Shown: piece by piece, positions 45,879 to 60,841 of the stretch | Layout: each line of letters starts with the position of its first letter | Position numbering within the stretch: position 1 is the first letter of the stretch | NCBI RefSeq assembly: GCF_022539665.2 | Contig: NC_081331.1 | Coordinates: forward strand, 13,516,001 to 13,580,000 | DNA from: Daphnia carinata | Taxonomy: Eukaryota | Reading direction: 5' to 3' | Length of the DNA: 64,000 nucleotides | Translations under genes and position numbers: made by a program | The notes under the pieces: model-generated | The model's input: the letters and a program-made list of their open reading frames with translations, nothing else | Databases searched by the model: none | What the model was told of the DNA's origin: nothing

Positions 45879-47056
45879 TGCCATCGTATGCTAATTTATT
45901 TGAGTCTTTGAAATGGCGTAGGCTCACAGCAGACTGTGGCTGTTTAATGATTCGAGAAACTCTTGACCCGTAAAGAAAAAAAAATGTCACTCCATAAATT
46001 CGTACCTCTCTTCCATGTCTTGTACCCGCGCTTGTGTGTGAAACTTTTTTTGAACTAGCGCATCCGCCGTCTTTTGCTCTTTAGTAAATGAGGAAAAAAA
46101 AACAAAACAAACGAAACAAAACAAAAAACCATTTACGGTTAGTGGGTGGTCGTGTTCTTTGTCTTGGAACTGACGGTGTGGGTTTGCATCTCCCGAGACG
46201 GTATGCAAATGCGGGTAGCTAACATTGCCATATCAATAACGTGAGTCACGGCCGTGTCATGTGGCTTCCCATGTTCGCTCAACCGTTTCGCTCTGTTGAT
46301 AGAAGCCGTATAAACCATTGTGTATTTATCCAATTACGATATAGACGTGTGTGTGTGTGTAACACACGTTGGTCGTACATGCAAAATGTCGTTCTTTGCT
46401 CGCGACTTATAAGCCCGAGATCAGATTTGCGTGACTTACACAGAGGCAAAATAATTGAAGGGCGATTCTTTACCGGATTTATTTCGCACACTGCCCCCCA
46501 CCCCCTCTTTTTCTTGTGTGTGTGTGTGTGGCAAGAATACGACAGTAACAAATTTGAACGGTTAAGGACGTGAACACTTTCAGATTTGTTCTTTTTTTTT
46601 TTTTTTTTTTTTACTCCTTCGTAAAGGCTCGTTTATATAAATTTAGTGCGTGTGAGTGTCGACGTAACTATAAAACAGTCTGCCGGGCCGGCGACAATTG
46701 TGCAGCGGGAGAACGAAATTACACGAATAGTTGCACTTCTCTGTCGATCTCCCTCTTCACCGTCTTGTCTATTTCTCCCATCTTTTTTTTTTTTTTTTTT
46801 TTTTTTTTTCTTTTTCACCCCTCATTCCTATTTTCTGATCACTAGAAGCGCTTCGTAACGCGTGCCCCGTGAACCGCGGATAATAGTACGGATGGGAAGG
46901 GGGCGTGGTGGAGCACTGTGCACACGACGTTGGCAATGAATTGAAGTGGAAACGAAGTTATGTGGATCTTTTTTTCCGTTTGCAGTTCCATATTTTCCTT
47001 CGTTTGCTCGTAGCACTTTGTCCTATTCTCTCCGGGCTGCGATGACGTCGATAATA

Positions 47057-47093
<37 letters not shown>

Positions 47094-49729
47094 AGTGTGA
47101 AAAGGGAAGAAAAAAAATTTGCTATTAATTTTATCGACGGGGAAATGTATTTATTTTTTATTATTCTTCTTCAACTTGAATAGAGATGTCTATTAATGAA
47201 GTATATAACCGAAAAAGGGGTTAGAAAAATGTTAGTTTTTTTTTTTTTTATTACCGCCAGCCAGAAAGAGAGTCGATGACGAGGAAGGAAAAAAAGAAAA
47301 TTGGGCAAATCAATAAATCTGCAATCAACGCTTGTTATACGACAGAATAGAATTAATGATTGCTTTCAGCCTGAAGCAAAGCCGTAATTGATTTTTTTTT
47401 TTTATGTTGCAAGGTGAGAGCTCTTCAAAGTCAATGAGAGTTTCCCATCACGTTCGAGGCGAAACTGCCACCGTCTTTCACGGATAGAAAATGTGAAAAT
47501 ATTTGCTGTGCATATACGTTTGCGCGTGTTATCACCTTGCCACTTAGACGTCCCAGGCTTCGTTTGTACTGTCAAAAGTTAATAGTTTTTTTTTTTCTAA
47601 ATAAAAAAAAAAAAAAATTCGTGAGTGCATCAAACCGAGAGTGGCGTCAATTGTACCCTGGCGATTAAATTGGGCGACTGGGATGCGACGGGTATTGATT
47701 TCCATTGTTGTACAAGTTTTCGACGTTCACACATGACAAGATTTCTATCTCTCTTGAAATGCAATAACGGCAAGCTACTCCCTCACCCCGTCCGGTTCTA
47801 TGTTAATAGAGTTCTGTACTGAGGAGGTCTTCCCATGGTGGCAGATTTCGTGTTACGTAATACGACAATGCTCTCCTATTAAATAATTAATAAAACAATC
47901 TTGGCATTTTTGTCGACGAGAAGGGCATCTTGGTTAGCTACGCGTGGCTTATTTTGCATGTCGATTCCTATTCACTTGGATGGTCGGGTGAAATTTAACA
48001 TCCAGCATGGGCGGCGGCTGCTTTACACGCGTTCGCTAGTTGGGGGAAAAACAAAAGGGCGGGATTATTACATGGATGCAAATGTGTTGGACATTCGAAA
48101 CATCTTGTCTACACGTTTCCCACACTTGTGTATTCGCTGCCGACGTCGGCTTCTTTCTGTTATTTTATTTTATTTTTTTTTTCGTGTGTGTGTTCACCTT
48201 TTCAAGGATCTTTGCCGATCTTACATTTCTCTGCATGGAAAGTTACACGCGTTTTCGTGCTGTAAGTAACGTGATCGTAACGGTAACATGAGAATTATGC
48301 TACAAGGCCGCTTGTGTTACCACACGTACTACGAAAAAAGCGGGAAGCAAAAAGAATAGTTTGCCAATTGTTATGCAATGTTTTGAAATGCGGAGACGCC
48401 ATTTTCTTGTCGTTTTATTTCTATCCACACGGCGTCGGATATGATCGCTCATTAAATCGCATGAATACCCGAAAGCGGCCGTCCCTTTTTACCTCCATCA
48501 GTTTGCCCTATCAATTCCTCCTCTCTTTCGCTTTTTCTCTTAATTTGTTTTTGCCTTACCTTCGTGTTCTTCTCGATGCGTCTTTAGGCAAAATGGGCCA
48601 TCTGTATAACGTGATCCATGAATGAGCGAAAATCAAGAGCCGAGATGGAAAAGGTTTCCCTTTTTTTTTTCTTTTTTTTTCTTTTTTTTGCTCTTGATAT
48701 TTCCCCTTGACAACTTTTCCTACTTCTTCAATCACTGCATCATTTAAAAAGGTTTCTTTTCGTATAAGATTTGAGTGTTCTTGTCTTTCTTCTCGCATGT
48801 TGAATAGAACTAGCCTATGTTTTTTCTATTTTTTGCGCTTAGCCAAACGTAAGAAGAAATTCGATATGGTTTAACAATTAAAGAGCCAAGCGTGGGAATA
48901 GGCGAGAAATGTCGTCTTGGTTTTCCTGGGCAGATGGAGTGCATTGCGAAGATGCCGTCATCTGGAAATCTAATCAACGATTAAAATCTATCGTCTAAAA
49001 TGCATTCGATATTGAACGACGTCTGATACCGTTCTGTATGCAATGCGATGAATCGGAACATTTGTCTTTGGGCAATCTAGATTGTGTTGGTTCATTCGTT
49101 TTGATGAGTTGATGTTATCCCACACAAATGCGCATCGATCGATCGTTGCCAAATCGCGAAGTTTTGGCGGTTGTTCTAATCATCTTTTGTCGGTTCGATC
49201 GTTTGGAACTCGTCTACCGTCTAACGACGCAAAACATCACTCTCTGAAGGGTAGCCAATGTTGACAATGATGCAGCCTCGTTTGACACACATTTTCTCTT
49301 GTGTGATCCTCACTTCACAAGATGTAGCGTCAGCTCATTTCGAAATTGAGGGCGACGAAGAAGAATGTTGTTTGTTGTTGGTGCGCAGTTTGTTTTTTTT
49401 TGGGCGCCGCCAAGTCTGAAGAATGTTTTCGACTCATTGATTCGTTAGCTACTCAAAATTCTGACTGTGCGGTTTTTGATGGCTGCATCAACAGCGGCGG
49501 CGGTGGGTACATGATGAATGCATGTAGCATATGTGCATGATGGAGCGCCGACATTCCCGTTTCCGAAGACGAATAGAAAAAGAAAAGAAACGAGAAAACA
49601 GAAAATATCAACAAAAACAAGTAAAAGCTGACAGCATATTATTATGGTAATATGCATTCTAAAAAATATCGTCTTATTATTTTTGTTGTTGTGGTGGCGC
49701 TAGCACGAAGTCTGTTGTTCGACCAACAG

Positions 49730-49831
49730 ATGGCCTGCGCCGAAAATCACGAATCTCGGGATTTCGGATGTGAACGAAACGGAGAAAGAGAGAGAAAAGA
49801 AAGGAAAGGTCGAACAGTGTACGCTCTACAG
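49730..49831 (+). other. Candidate 102-nt exon (phase 2-2 cassette or non-coding leader) within dunce
   Basis: Acceptor caacAG at 49729 and donor CAG|gtaaag at 49832. Length is a multiple of 3 and the phase-2 frame is open (WPAPKITNLGISDVNETEKEREKKGKVEQCTLY). Confidence 0.25.
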
Positions 49832-52800
49832 GTAAAGCATCTCTAAACAGGACCCCCCTCCCCTTTCCTCATGCTGCGTCTCTCCTGCTATCCTCTCCCC
49901 ACCCCACCCGAAGTGTAAGTAATAGAGGCAGACTGTTCCGCTTTCCGTCTCATTCCATCGTGGGTCGTGTCGTGAGCCACACAACTGTTGTTGCTTTTTT
50001 GCTTTTATAGTATCTTTATTTTGTGTTTTGTGTCTTCATTTTGGTTTGCTCCCGTTTGTTTGTTTTTTTCTGTTCTTAGTCCCGTGACTTTGTCCTTTAC
50101 TCGAGTGTTGCAGTGTTCTTTTTTTTTTTAAACCGGTTCAGTTTTCGTTCGGCATTCACCGAGAAGGGGCGGTTCGATTGCCAATATCTTAGTCGTGTAT
50201 TAGCGTCAATTTGAGATCAACAAATTGCTTACATTTCTGCCGGATTATTTACAACGCTTCGGTGTGGCTGAGTTTGATTGATTGCACGCAAAAAATTGTT
50301 GACTACTCCAATCATATTCGCCGTTTTTTGTGTGTGTGTTTGAACGCTGCACTTCATCTGACACGCGACACCTTCCCGTAAGACTCGTGTTCTGTTTTGT
50401 TTTTTTAACATTTTTTAAAACATTATTTTCTTGAATTTTTTTGTTCGCTATACAAGTTAGAATTAGAATTTGAAACACACTTGCATACGAAGTATGTTTT
50501 AATAAGGGGGCAAAGAAATGTTGTTGGAGACGATGGAGCGAAGGCGACGCATCGAGACTCTCATTGGCATGCGGAACGGCGACCCAATCTCGTTGGAATT
50601 GAATAGTGGAAGCGAGTGCTGCAAGCATTGGAATCCAGTTTTCTCGTCCCTTCTCCCATTTCGTTTTTTTTTTTTTTTTTTTTCAAATTTCATTTCCATT
50701 TTCAGTTGAAAATCCATTTCGTATCCCCCCTCCTTTTTTTTTTCTCGAAATTTCCCGCGATGGGCCCGCAGACTCGTTTCGTTTGCTAGACACGGGTAGC
50801 GCGTTTAATATGAACTTGTTCGACAGCGTATCATGTGCTACCCTCGCTTATTTGTAGCGACAACGACAAACAAGCCGTCGAATAAAAACAAAAAAATGGA
50901 TCGATCACGTTACCAAAATGAGAAAACGCCGTGATGATGGAAGAGATTGATATAACCTGGTCAATGTAGCGAATCAAATAGGAGTGCTTATTTTCTGCCT
51001 CCAACGTACGGGCTGAAGTGGGCACGGCTTTATGGAGTCTAACAAAGTCATACAAGGAAGATATAGTTCGTTCTAAGTACACACATATCCCCCTTTTCTC
51101 TCCCTTTTACTTATTGCTTTTTATTCTTTTTATTCATCCGTCCTTCTGGCAGTGTAGTCGCACAATCTGATAACTTAAAAAATCGATCGTAAGACTAGAG
51201 AAGAAGGTGGAGGGGGGGGGGGGGTTGGGGACGTGGTACACAAGATTCAAAAGAGAGAAGCCACTACTGGCGGTCGCTATTGTCACTGGCACTCCGGCAA
51301 TCTCGAATCGAAGAATCATTCGCCAGTATGAATGCGACGCACACTCATTCTTTCCGTCTTGGGGCGGGGTGGGGTGGGGGGGGGGGGGTAACGCTTTCTT
51401 TTCTTTTTTTTTTTTTTTTTTTTTGCTTGCACGCTCTCTCCAAACATCCTCGCGCTTTTCAAACCCCGGGTTATTTTCCATCTAGTCTTCCTTTTTATAT
51501 TATGTCCCTTACACCCACATCTTTTTCTATCCGATCCATTGGGGTCGGGAAAACATCGTTCGTTCACAACTGGAACGTTATTTACTGCGGCAACATCCGA
51601 GTGGATTAGACAGCACATCATTTCTTTTCGTCGTTCATGCAGTTTTCATCACATTATTTATTTATTATTATTTTTTTTTTTACGTGGAATTAAATCATTG
51701 CTTCCGTCCGGAAGAATTCGTTTCTCCGTTTTTACTTCCCCCTATTTTCACCGTCTCTCTCTTTCTGTAGTGTCTCGTTCATTACTTTGCTTACGCGAAG
51801 TAGTACATATTAAAGACTGCGACTATGTATTGGCTTATTTCTCCAACTTTATTCAATTTGCGCGTCCTCCAAAGTGATGTCGCTAAACTCTGCGACCGTT
51901 TCGGCAAAGTTGCCTCTCCACATTGGGTGTGTTTTTGTCGACATTTCCACTACAGATGGTCTACTTCCCCCCTTTTTTCTTCTATTTTGTGAGCTCCCAT
52001 CACCGGCAGCCGCCAATGGCATTTCCCTCGCACTCGAACGAACGAAATTCACTCCTTTTATGTTCGGCCAGCTTTGATCGTTGCTCCCCTCACGTATTTT
52101 TTCTTCTTCCTACCATTACATAGAACTTTGACATCCGCCAACACTTGGTCTTTTAACGCAAGAATATTTTTTTTTTTTAATGATAGAAATCTTTGGAAGA
52201 ACTAGTACGAACGTCATCGCTGATCCCATTGCTTGTTGCTATTTGTTATTTTTGTTCTAGACGTTTTAAAAGAGAACCCGAAAGAAATCGCCCGTCGTTA
52301 TTTGTATTTAAAAGGTGGGGGTTGTATTTTATTTGTTTTTATCGACCGTGGACGAGAGTTGTCGCACCAGGAGGTTCAACATCTAATGTACAACCTAAAG
52401 AGGGAAGGCAGAGCAGACAAGAGTCGTCATCAATCCAAAGCAGTTTCACCTTTATATAAACATTCAGTTTTTAATCTTAGCCTTGCCTTTCGTAGTTGGT
52501 CGTCTAATGTGCGTCCGTGTGTTACGAATATGCGTTTCATTCAGCTTTTGACGACGCGCATTCTTGCGCGATTTGTTTTTGTTTTGTTTTTCTTGGGAAA
52601 TCATCTGAGCATTTTGTTTTTACCTTTCCCTACTTCTCTTTGATATTTTCGACGTGTGCTGTCTCGTTTGCCTGCACATCAAACGAAGAACACCAGCGGG
52701 ATTAGAGTTCTTTCACGCTCGGGTTGTTATGGCTTGACTAAGTTGTTGATTGACAAACACATGGTGGAACAGAATCTCGAACGTAGTCGACATCGGTGGA

Positions 52801-53641
52801 AATATTTGCGGAACAACCGAGAAAAGGAAAAAAAAAAAAAAAAAAAAGCAGCGGATGTTTAGGTGGGAGGTTTCAAAATGAGCATGTCAAAAAAAAAAAA
52901 AAAGAAAATCAGGCGGTTTGGTTCTGTCGCTTGGCACCACGCACGTACTTGATTATAGGTTAGCCGGTAATTCCACATCTCGGTTATAAACAGCTGTTGA
53001 CGTGTCGGTTCACCATCTCCTATATGCATACATACAAGACCATACCGTTATGCTTCATCAGCTCGAAATAGTTTTTTGTTGTCTGGCGTCGTCCTTTAAA
53101 AGAAAAAAAAAGAAAAGAAAGGGCTGATCGTTAAAACAGTCACACGGAAATAAACAGTCGTCTGATACCAAAAGGAGAGGAAAAAGTTTGAATCTAACAA
53201 GTCCAACCCAAACAAAAAAAAAAAAAAACGCAGAGAACAAAACAAGAAGATTAAAACCTTTAGGGGATGCTGCAGCATAAGGAAGCTTTTAAACGCTGTG
53301 CACGAATACGTGCGCGTGCGCTGTGTCGTAGTCGATTTGGCCACGAGCGAAACGAGGACGTCTGTTTATTTTGCGAGCGTGGGACTATTTAATCTATCTT
53401 TCATTCCTCCATTCGCATCGCCAATGAGAGTCTCCGAACGATCGTTTCCGCGTCTCGGTGTTGTAAATACCCAACAACAAGGGCGGGTTAGAACTTCCGA
53501 CTTGTTTGGTACCATAGTATTTGTCTGTTTTTTTTTTTTTGAACGGATGTTGTCTTGTTGCATCAATTAAAAGGGAGGAGTACAAAAAGGGGATTATAAT
53601 AGAAGAGGTGCTGAGGAAAAAAAGACAAAATCGCAATCGAC

Positions 53642-54288
53642 ATGGAGACGAGCACCCCGAAATCGAGTTCGGTCCGGCATCAACTGGTGTTACCTTTAAG
53701 CCGAATTTTTGTCGAGTCGGCCGAACGCAGCGAAACGACTTGTTCGGAGATGACGATGCAATCGTCTGAGATGTCGTCATCGGCTTCGTCCAGTTTGGCT
53801 TCAACTCTGGTTACGCCCATCCGACAGCAGCCGCAACTTCATCACCACCTGTCGCGTCACAATTGCCTGTCGCCGAGCAATTCGCAATCGACGCTGCAAC
53901 TGGAATTGCTGAGCCCTTCGTCGACGACGTCATCGGTCACCCATCACTCGACCGTCTTTCAAGCGCAACAGCAACAGCAATCGGAGATGACGTTCACGTC
54001 GGCCTTTGCGTCGACGTTGCGTCATCGGCGAGGCAAGACGCTCATTTTGCCCAAATTGAAAATCCCGCGCTCTTCGAAAGCCGAAGGCGGGGCTGCGGCA
54101 GGAGAAGACGCTGAAAACTACCGCGAAGTGCAAAGTTCGTCGATTCACCAATGGCGTCACAGCGAGAATTTGACTACAACCCACTTCCGGCGCAGCGTTT
54201 CGTCATCGACGTTCACCGAGAGCGCCGCTTGGTACAGCAGTCGCCAATCGTCGACGTCCAACATGTCGGAAGTGATCACCGGCTCGTC
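53642..54288 (+). CDS. dnc: dunce/PDE4 alternative first coding exon D (Ser/Thr/Gln-rich, 215 codons)
   Basis: Long GC-rich ORF (METSTPKSSS...MSEVITGS) ending TC|gtgagt in phase 2. Assignment to dunce is by position and phase. Confidence 0.65.
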
Positions 54289-55033
54289 GTGAGTAAAAAC
54301 TCCCCAAAAAATACGCTCGTATTCGTGTAACTTGACGGGAACTGGCAGGGAGTGAGACGATCGTACCACATCGCTCAAAATTCCAATGACCCTTGACATC
54401 CGTCAATGTTGCTCCACTCCTTGCAATCCATCCATCCATCCATAAATCCATCATTTACCCGCCTGTCTATCGTATTATTATTTCAATGTTGGGACAGGTT
54501 GTATTATTTTTTTTTTTTTCGAAGGCCTACAACATTGTCCACGTTTCTTTGCAGTCACGTCACTGCCAAACGTGATGTATCGATCAATGACTCAACATAG
54601 ACCTTCAATTATTGTGAATGATGGAATTGATATTTACTAGATTAGACCGGTTTTTTTCCCACTATCGATATCTAAATCCCTCCCCCCCCAAAAAAAAAAA
54701 TCCTAAGCAAAAATGCCATTGAAATTTTATTTTTTGAGTAATTCACAAGGGTCGGTGAAATCGAGTTTGAATCATTGATTACGCGTGTGTTGTGGCAACT
54801 CGGGATTTCGATTGCCTTTCGTTTCGTGTCCACGCGTATTTCAAAAGAAATTTCGCTGTTGAAACCTATTGTTGTTCAACATAGTCCGCCCTTTTTATTG
54901 TTGGCCCTTATCTCTCGTTGTCTACAAACTAAAAAGCGCTGGAATTAAAACAGCCGTAAAAATAGTCTTTCATTCTCGAGATGCAAAAACGAATGGAGCC
55001 TGAACGACTGACGGGCGAAAAAAAATTCTATAG

Positions 55034-55064
<31 letters not shown>

Positions 55065-55704
55065 GTTTGGGGATTGCGTTGTGCCAACTTGTACAGCTGT
55101 CCAGTTGGTCACATATGTTTCTTTTTTAACTGTCAACATGAAATGCGCGTTTCTTTTTTTTTTTTTTTTTTTTTTTTGGTTAAGCCATAGCTTGTGGGGA
55201 GGTTTTGGTCACGAAACGATGTCACCACTAAGGGCATCTACACGAATAAAAATGGTTAACAAGCGGATGGGTAGACGTACAGTAGAGATATACAGACGTG
55301 AATCAACCCTATCGCTGGTTTGGGTCAATGAAGGGGACGACGAAAAGAAAGTCAACGGTTTTGTTATTTATTCAAGTTTATTCCTTAACTCGTATTGACT
55401 CTTTTCTTTAATAAGCAAATGAGAAAGAAGTCGCACATAAGGAAGAAGAAGCCGAAAAAAGTTGTTGAAACGTTCTCAAGTCAAGAACAAGGAAAGGGGG
55501 GGGGGACTCTTGTTTTGAATGAGCCCATTTCGCAGTCCGTTTTTGGTTGTTTTTTTTTTTTTTCTCCCTTCTGGCTGCATTTGTTTTTGTTTTTTTGTGG
55601 GTCGCGATTGTTGTAATATCCCCGGTTAATTCATTCGGCTGCGGCGATATCCTTTTAAGGAACATGAACCTCCTCCTATGTTTTTTTTTTTATTTCTCGG
55701 CGGT

Positions 55705-55705
<1 letters not shown>

Positions 55706-55740
<35 letters not shown>
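55706..55740. repeat. (AAT)n trinucleotide microsatellite
   Basis: About 11 units, directly visible. Confidence 0.95.
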
Positions 55741-56946
55741 TTTATAAATCGAAAAGAAAGTCGATGGCATAATATTTTTGTCTCCTTTTTGTTTCGTTTA
55801 AATGGGCTGTTCGTAAAATGTTAATGCAGCCAGCTGACCCTTTTTCTCGGCAGCACTTAATGCTCTTGTCCGTATCCCTTTCTCTCTTCTCTTGCCATTG
55901 TTGCATAACTAACTGTAATGTGTAAGCTATTTTTTTTCGTTCGTCGCTTGTCTTATTGTCCAAATCAAGACTGAGCCCGAGTAAGGCTTCTATTGATTTG
56001 TTTGCCTTTCTTTAGACGGGTAGGAGAGAAAGGAGTCGTTGATTTATGTTCCCTGTTTTTGCGTGCCGTGAATCCTAAATAAGAAAACAGACTTGTGATT
56101 CTTTGGCTCATCCGCTTCCAAAAAACAAAAAATGCATAATAAAATACCTAAGTTTCCTTCTTCTTTTTTGTCTACCTCTGCTTTCATCCAGCTCTTCTCT
56201 CCTACTGTCGTATTACATTTCTGTGCGTTCTTGGTGGCGAACAAAAAAAGGGGAAAAAACAGAGAGGCAATAACAAAAGCTTTGATATTGGATTTTACTG
56301 ATTTCTCGTCAATTTATTTTTTTTTTTTTCTTTTCCAAAGTTTTAAATTGAGTTTCGACCTCCGGTTTTCTACGCCTTTACTGGCGATTCGCTTTCTTCA
56401 TTTTTCCGAAAAGAAGAAGAACTTTTGAATTGTCCGAAAAAAATGCAAATCTACAACAAAACTATAACCAAACTCAAGTATAAACAAGCGGTACCGTCAT
56501 CTCGTTCGTAATGAATACCGTCACGAACTCCATCTGTCCGGAAAGGCTGTTCCATCCGGTACCTCCTTTTGTCCGCATCTCTTTTGTTATTCGCGTACTT
56601 TTTGTTGTTACTGTCGTTTTGTTTGTTTATTTATGGCGCGCCGACCTGTTTTGAATCGCTAGCGGGGGGGGGGGGGGGGGGGCCAGAAAGGCCCCAATGG
56701 CGAAAAATCAAAGGCGACAGAATGTATTGATGGCCGGCGGGATTTCCAAACAACTTTGCGCTTAGCGCTTGATGGTGCACGTACCTGATGCGAGAGTGAT
56801 ATCCCGGTGGCCCACGTCTCTGTGTGTGCGCGCGTGTGCTAGTTTTAGTTGATCCTTGAAGCCAAAGCCGAAAATGTTTTCGCCAGGTGGGCGACGCTCT
56901 TGTTGCCGCCTCGTTGTGCGCGCGCGTTCTTCTTGCGTCACGTGAG

Positions 56947-57138
<192 letters not shown>

Positions 57139-58024
57139 GATGCTATTACCTGGTAATTACAACAGGGCTCTGGCTCCACATCTCGGGGGGTGATGATGAA
57201 GCTTTAATGAAACTTGATCGCCTTATCGTTCTCGGTGGGGTCCGCCCTTGATGATATTCGGTATATCTACGCAATTAAACGGCCTGTTAATGACCCTCGG
57301 GAAGATCTTTCTTTGATTTAATATCGTGTATTATCGGTATGTAGGACAGACAAATATTGTTCGAAACTACAGAGCATTTGGTCTCCTATTCCGCACGACT
57401 TATTGATCAACGGCGATCTGTTGTTGGAATGTAAGTGCTGCGACGCGCGCGATCGTCGTTTTCCTGTTTGGCGAATGCCTTAGTTTATTGATGTTTCTGA
57501 AAAGTGCGTGCGCATTTAATGACCACTTTTTCTTTTTGTTGCGAAAATTGATTGGAAAAAAAAAAATATTGATGCTAATAAGACAAGCGCGTTAAAGTTT
57601 ATGGCTACAGTAATTGCAACGGTTGTGATTTCATTAGTTTGGTTTTATCACGCGCATTGTCTCTGACGTGCCCAATCTTTGTTGGCGGTGATAAAATTCA
57701 TGAACCTCTTTACGAACCCGCAAGGAATGCGATTGAACAGTTTTTTTTTTTTTTTTTTCAATTAACTCGTAGGTCCTTTTAAATTTAATTACGTTTTTTT
57801 TTATTTGCTTCTTCCTTTTGGCGCCAGGAATTTGTCGATGACCTTTAAAGGGTCTTTCCACTATTTGGTTCCCCACGTTGTTTTGCGTATTTTTACTACC
57901 TAAGGGGGATGACATCATCACAGAATGAGTTCCACGACGAAACCGCCTCCCATCTTGAGAAAACTAAAAATTATATTGGAGATTAGAAAGAAACCGAAGA
58001 TGGAATCGAAATAAAAGGGACGCC

Positions 58025-58057
<33 letters not shown>

Positions 58058-58378
58058 TTTATGAATGCGATGTTTAGAAGATTCGAATCGACTGTAGATT
58101 TCAGGAAAATATGAAGAAAGCGAGTGAGTAGACACAACACACACACCTGTAGTTTTCTGTATACGTTTTGTTGTCGGTTCGCTGGTTGAACTAGTCCCTC
58201 GCCTTATAAAGTCAGGTCGCAAGCAATTTCTTTTTTTTCTTTTTTTTTCCGTCTTCCTATTTTGCTATGGCAACACACACACACACAGATAAATCTTTCA
58301 ACATTTTTGTTTCTCTGTTTTCTTTTTGTGGCGTTTCTGTTTGACTTGGCTCTCTCGTCTGGTTTAAGTTGGCGTTCA

Positions 58379-58409
<31 letters not shown>

Positions 58410-60797
58410 CGTATGTACATGCAAAATCGCCTCTGAAGCTCTTTGGAGCTACTTCTTTCTAATCTCTCTTTAAAAACTCCGGAGAGCAGCCAGTTTTTTC
58501 GTAGCTCGCCCGAAGGGCTTTGTATCCCGCTTTTTTGGGGGGATTTTTTTGTTTTGTTTTCGTATGCAAATTACCCCTAGATCGTCATGGTCATAGGAGA
58601 TTTCCTTGCTTGCCGCAATCAGTTTTTTTTTTTTTTAGAGGGGGAAAACATGTCAGTCTGGTCGTAATAACTCGTGTCAACTCGATGACGTCATATCCGT
58701 ATTGAAATGTCGTGTTTAAGTGTCGGAATTCCCCTGTTCGTTTCCATCGTTTTATTATGTATGTCACGGCATGTTACCGCTCGGCATTGACGTCGTCTAC
58801 GTGCAGCTACAATGAGATAAAAAGTAATGGTTTTTTTTTTTCTTCTTTTCTCCATGTCGAATACCGTATGAGGAGCTATTGAAAAGAAAAATAGTCTTTC
58901 CTTATCGACCTTTTTTGTCATTTTTTTTTCCTTAAGAAAACGGGAGAAATGCGTTCAGAAAAATGACGAGATGAATCATCTGTGAATAAAAGGTGCAGCT
59001 AGTGGACAATCAACTTTTCTTCGAATTTTCTATTCATTATTTTTGTGGGGTTCTTTTTAATTTTCTACATCAACAGGTACCTATTAATTATATACCTGTA
59101 CTGCTGTTGTGTTTGTGACGTAGTCTTTCGACTGACTCATCTGATGGGCTTTCTTGCCAGCTCTTTTTTTTTCGTTTTCCTCGTCATCACTCCGCCCATC
59201 GCTGCTGACGGTCCGTGGCGTCGTCAGCTTTGATCGATCGAGCGCTAGATTGCATGTTTCGTTCCCTCTTTTCTTTTCTTTAAGTGCTATCTCTCTTTTT
59301 TTCTTTCCCTATTTTTCTTTTTTTTTTTTTCTTGCACGGCCCAGGGGTTGGGCTAGAATGGAAGTTCAATGATCCGTACCCTGATGACGGTAATGATGAT
59401 GATGAAATTACCGGTCCTAGTCGGCTTGGATTGTCTGTGTTTTTTTTTTTTTTGTTTTGTTTTGCTTTATCTTGTAACTCTGGTTTGTTCGGCAAGAAAG
59501 CGAGGGATAAATGTCGAACAAAAAATAGGCAGAGAAAGGGGGGGGGGGGGGAGAAGAGAGCGCAGGCGACGGCGGCAAAGGTAAAAAGCAAGCTTTTCGT
59601 CGGAAGGAAGGCGGAGGCGGCGTAGCTCTGACGATGGCACCGATGCGTGTTCACGATCTCTAATGAACCAGGTAATGGAGCACGTGGTTGCTGGCAGACC
59701 AGACATGGACCCCACCTACTCTATGCGATTTGCTTGATGTGTTTCCCGTTCTTTTCTTTCTTAGCGCGGACCACTTGAGGATTTAGAGGCAGAGTCGAAT
59801 TCGGAACTTTGCAAAAAAAAAAACTAATGAGCTCCGTGTTGATTTTGAATTAGCATAGATAAGGGTGGCAGATTGTAATTGATATTATCACAAGTGTCGG
59901 TGGCGTAAGAGTCTTAAATTTCACAGGGGAAAGAAAAAAAAAGCGGGTCGTGAATTCACGCGGGATAAGGCCATTCACGACACGATGAGCACGATCTAGC
60001 GGTAGACATGCCTACTTTTTTCAAACAAAAATGGCCTTCGTGCAGCGATATCTAGCGTGCAACGCGATCACCGACTGCACGAGTTTGATTTCCCGGAATA
60101 TCACGGTCGTCTTGTGCATTTACCCGCTCGGTGCGCGGCCGTGTCCCGGTTCACCGCACTAACAGTTTAGCTCGTCAAGGCGTTTTAGTCTCCCTCCCTT
60201 CTTATCTCCTTTTTTATTTTTATTGTTTCTATTTTACACTCTCCAGCCGTACGAAAGTCATTAGCGAGCGCGCCACACCTCACCCAAAAATATACTCGAC
60301 TCGAGATGAAGTGGAAGTTATCGCCTTTTGACATTTCGAAACAAGAGGCATTCCTCTGTGTTCTTTTTTATTTGTTTGTTCCTTTTGTTGATAAAACGGG
60401 GAGGTTCTCTTGCCTTTTGGCGTTGGCTTTCCAAACAAAAGAGTTAATTAAAATAAATCAAACCCGACGACACGACGAAATTGCTTTGCTCATATACCAA
60501 TCACTAAGCTTGTGCGCGTTTTTATATCTTTTCCGTGGCCAGGGATATTTCGCTAATCGCATGTCCGCCTTATTGTTGCGGTTCGAATCCTGACACTCGT
60601 TGTCCATCCGTGGTGTGTAAAATAAGATGGGAAACAAGCCGTGCAACGTTATGGCCAAACCATTGACGGCTGCAGCAGTAGCTTAACGTTTCACGGGCAG
60701 TTGTTTGGCGCAGTAGTCAAACCTTTGTGTAGTTATAATCCTAAAAGAGATTTGAAAAAAAAAGAAGAATTAACAAAGAAATGACGAAACCAAAGAG

Positions 60798-60841
<44 letters not shown>

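Noticed and set aside
59369..59580. ORF ending in a phase-2 donor (AG|gtaaaa), a possible further dunce first exon
   Set aside because: The frame runs through poly-T and poly-G tracts, so it is most likely chance.
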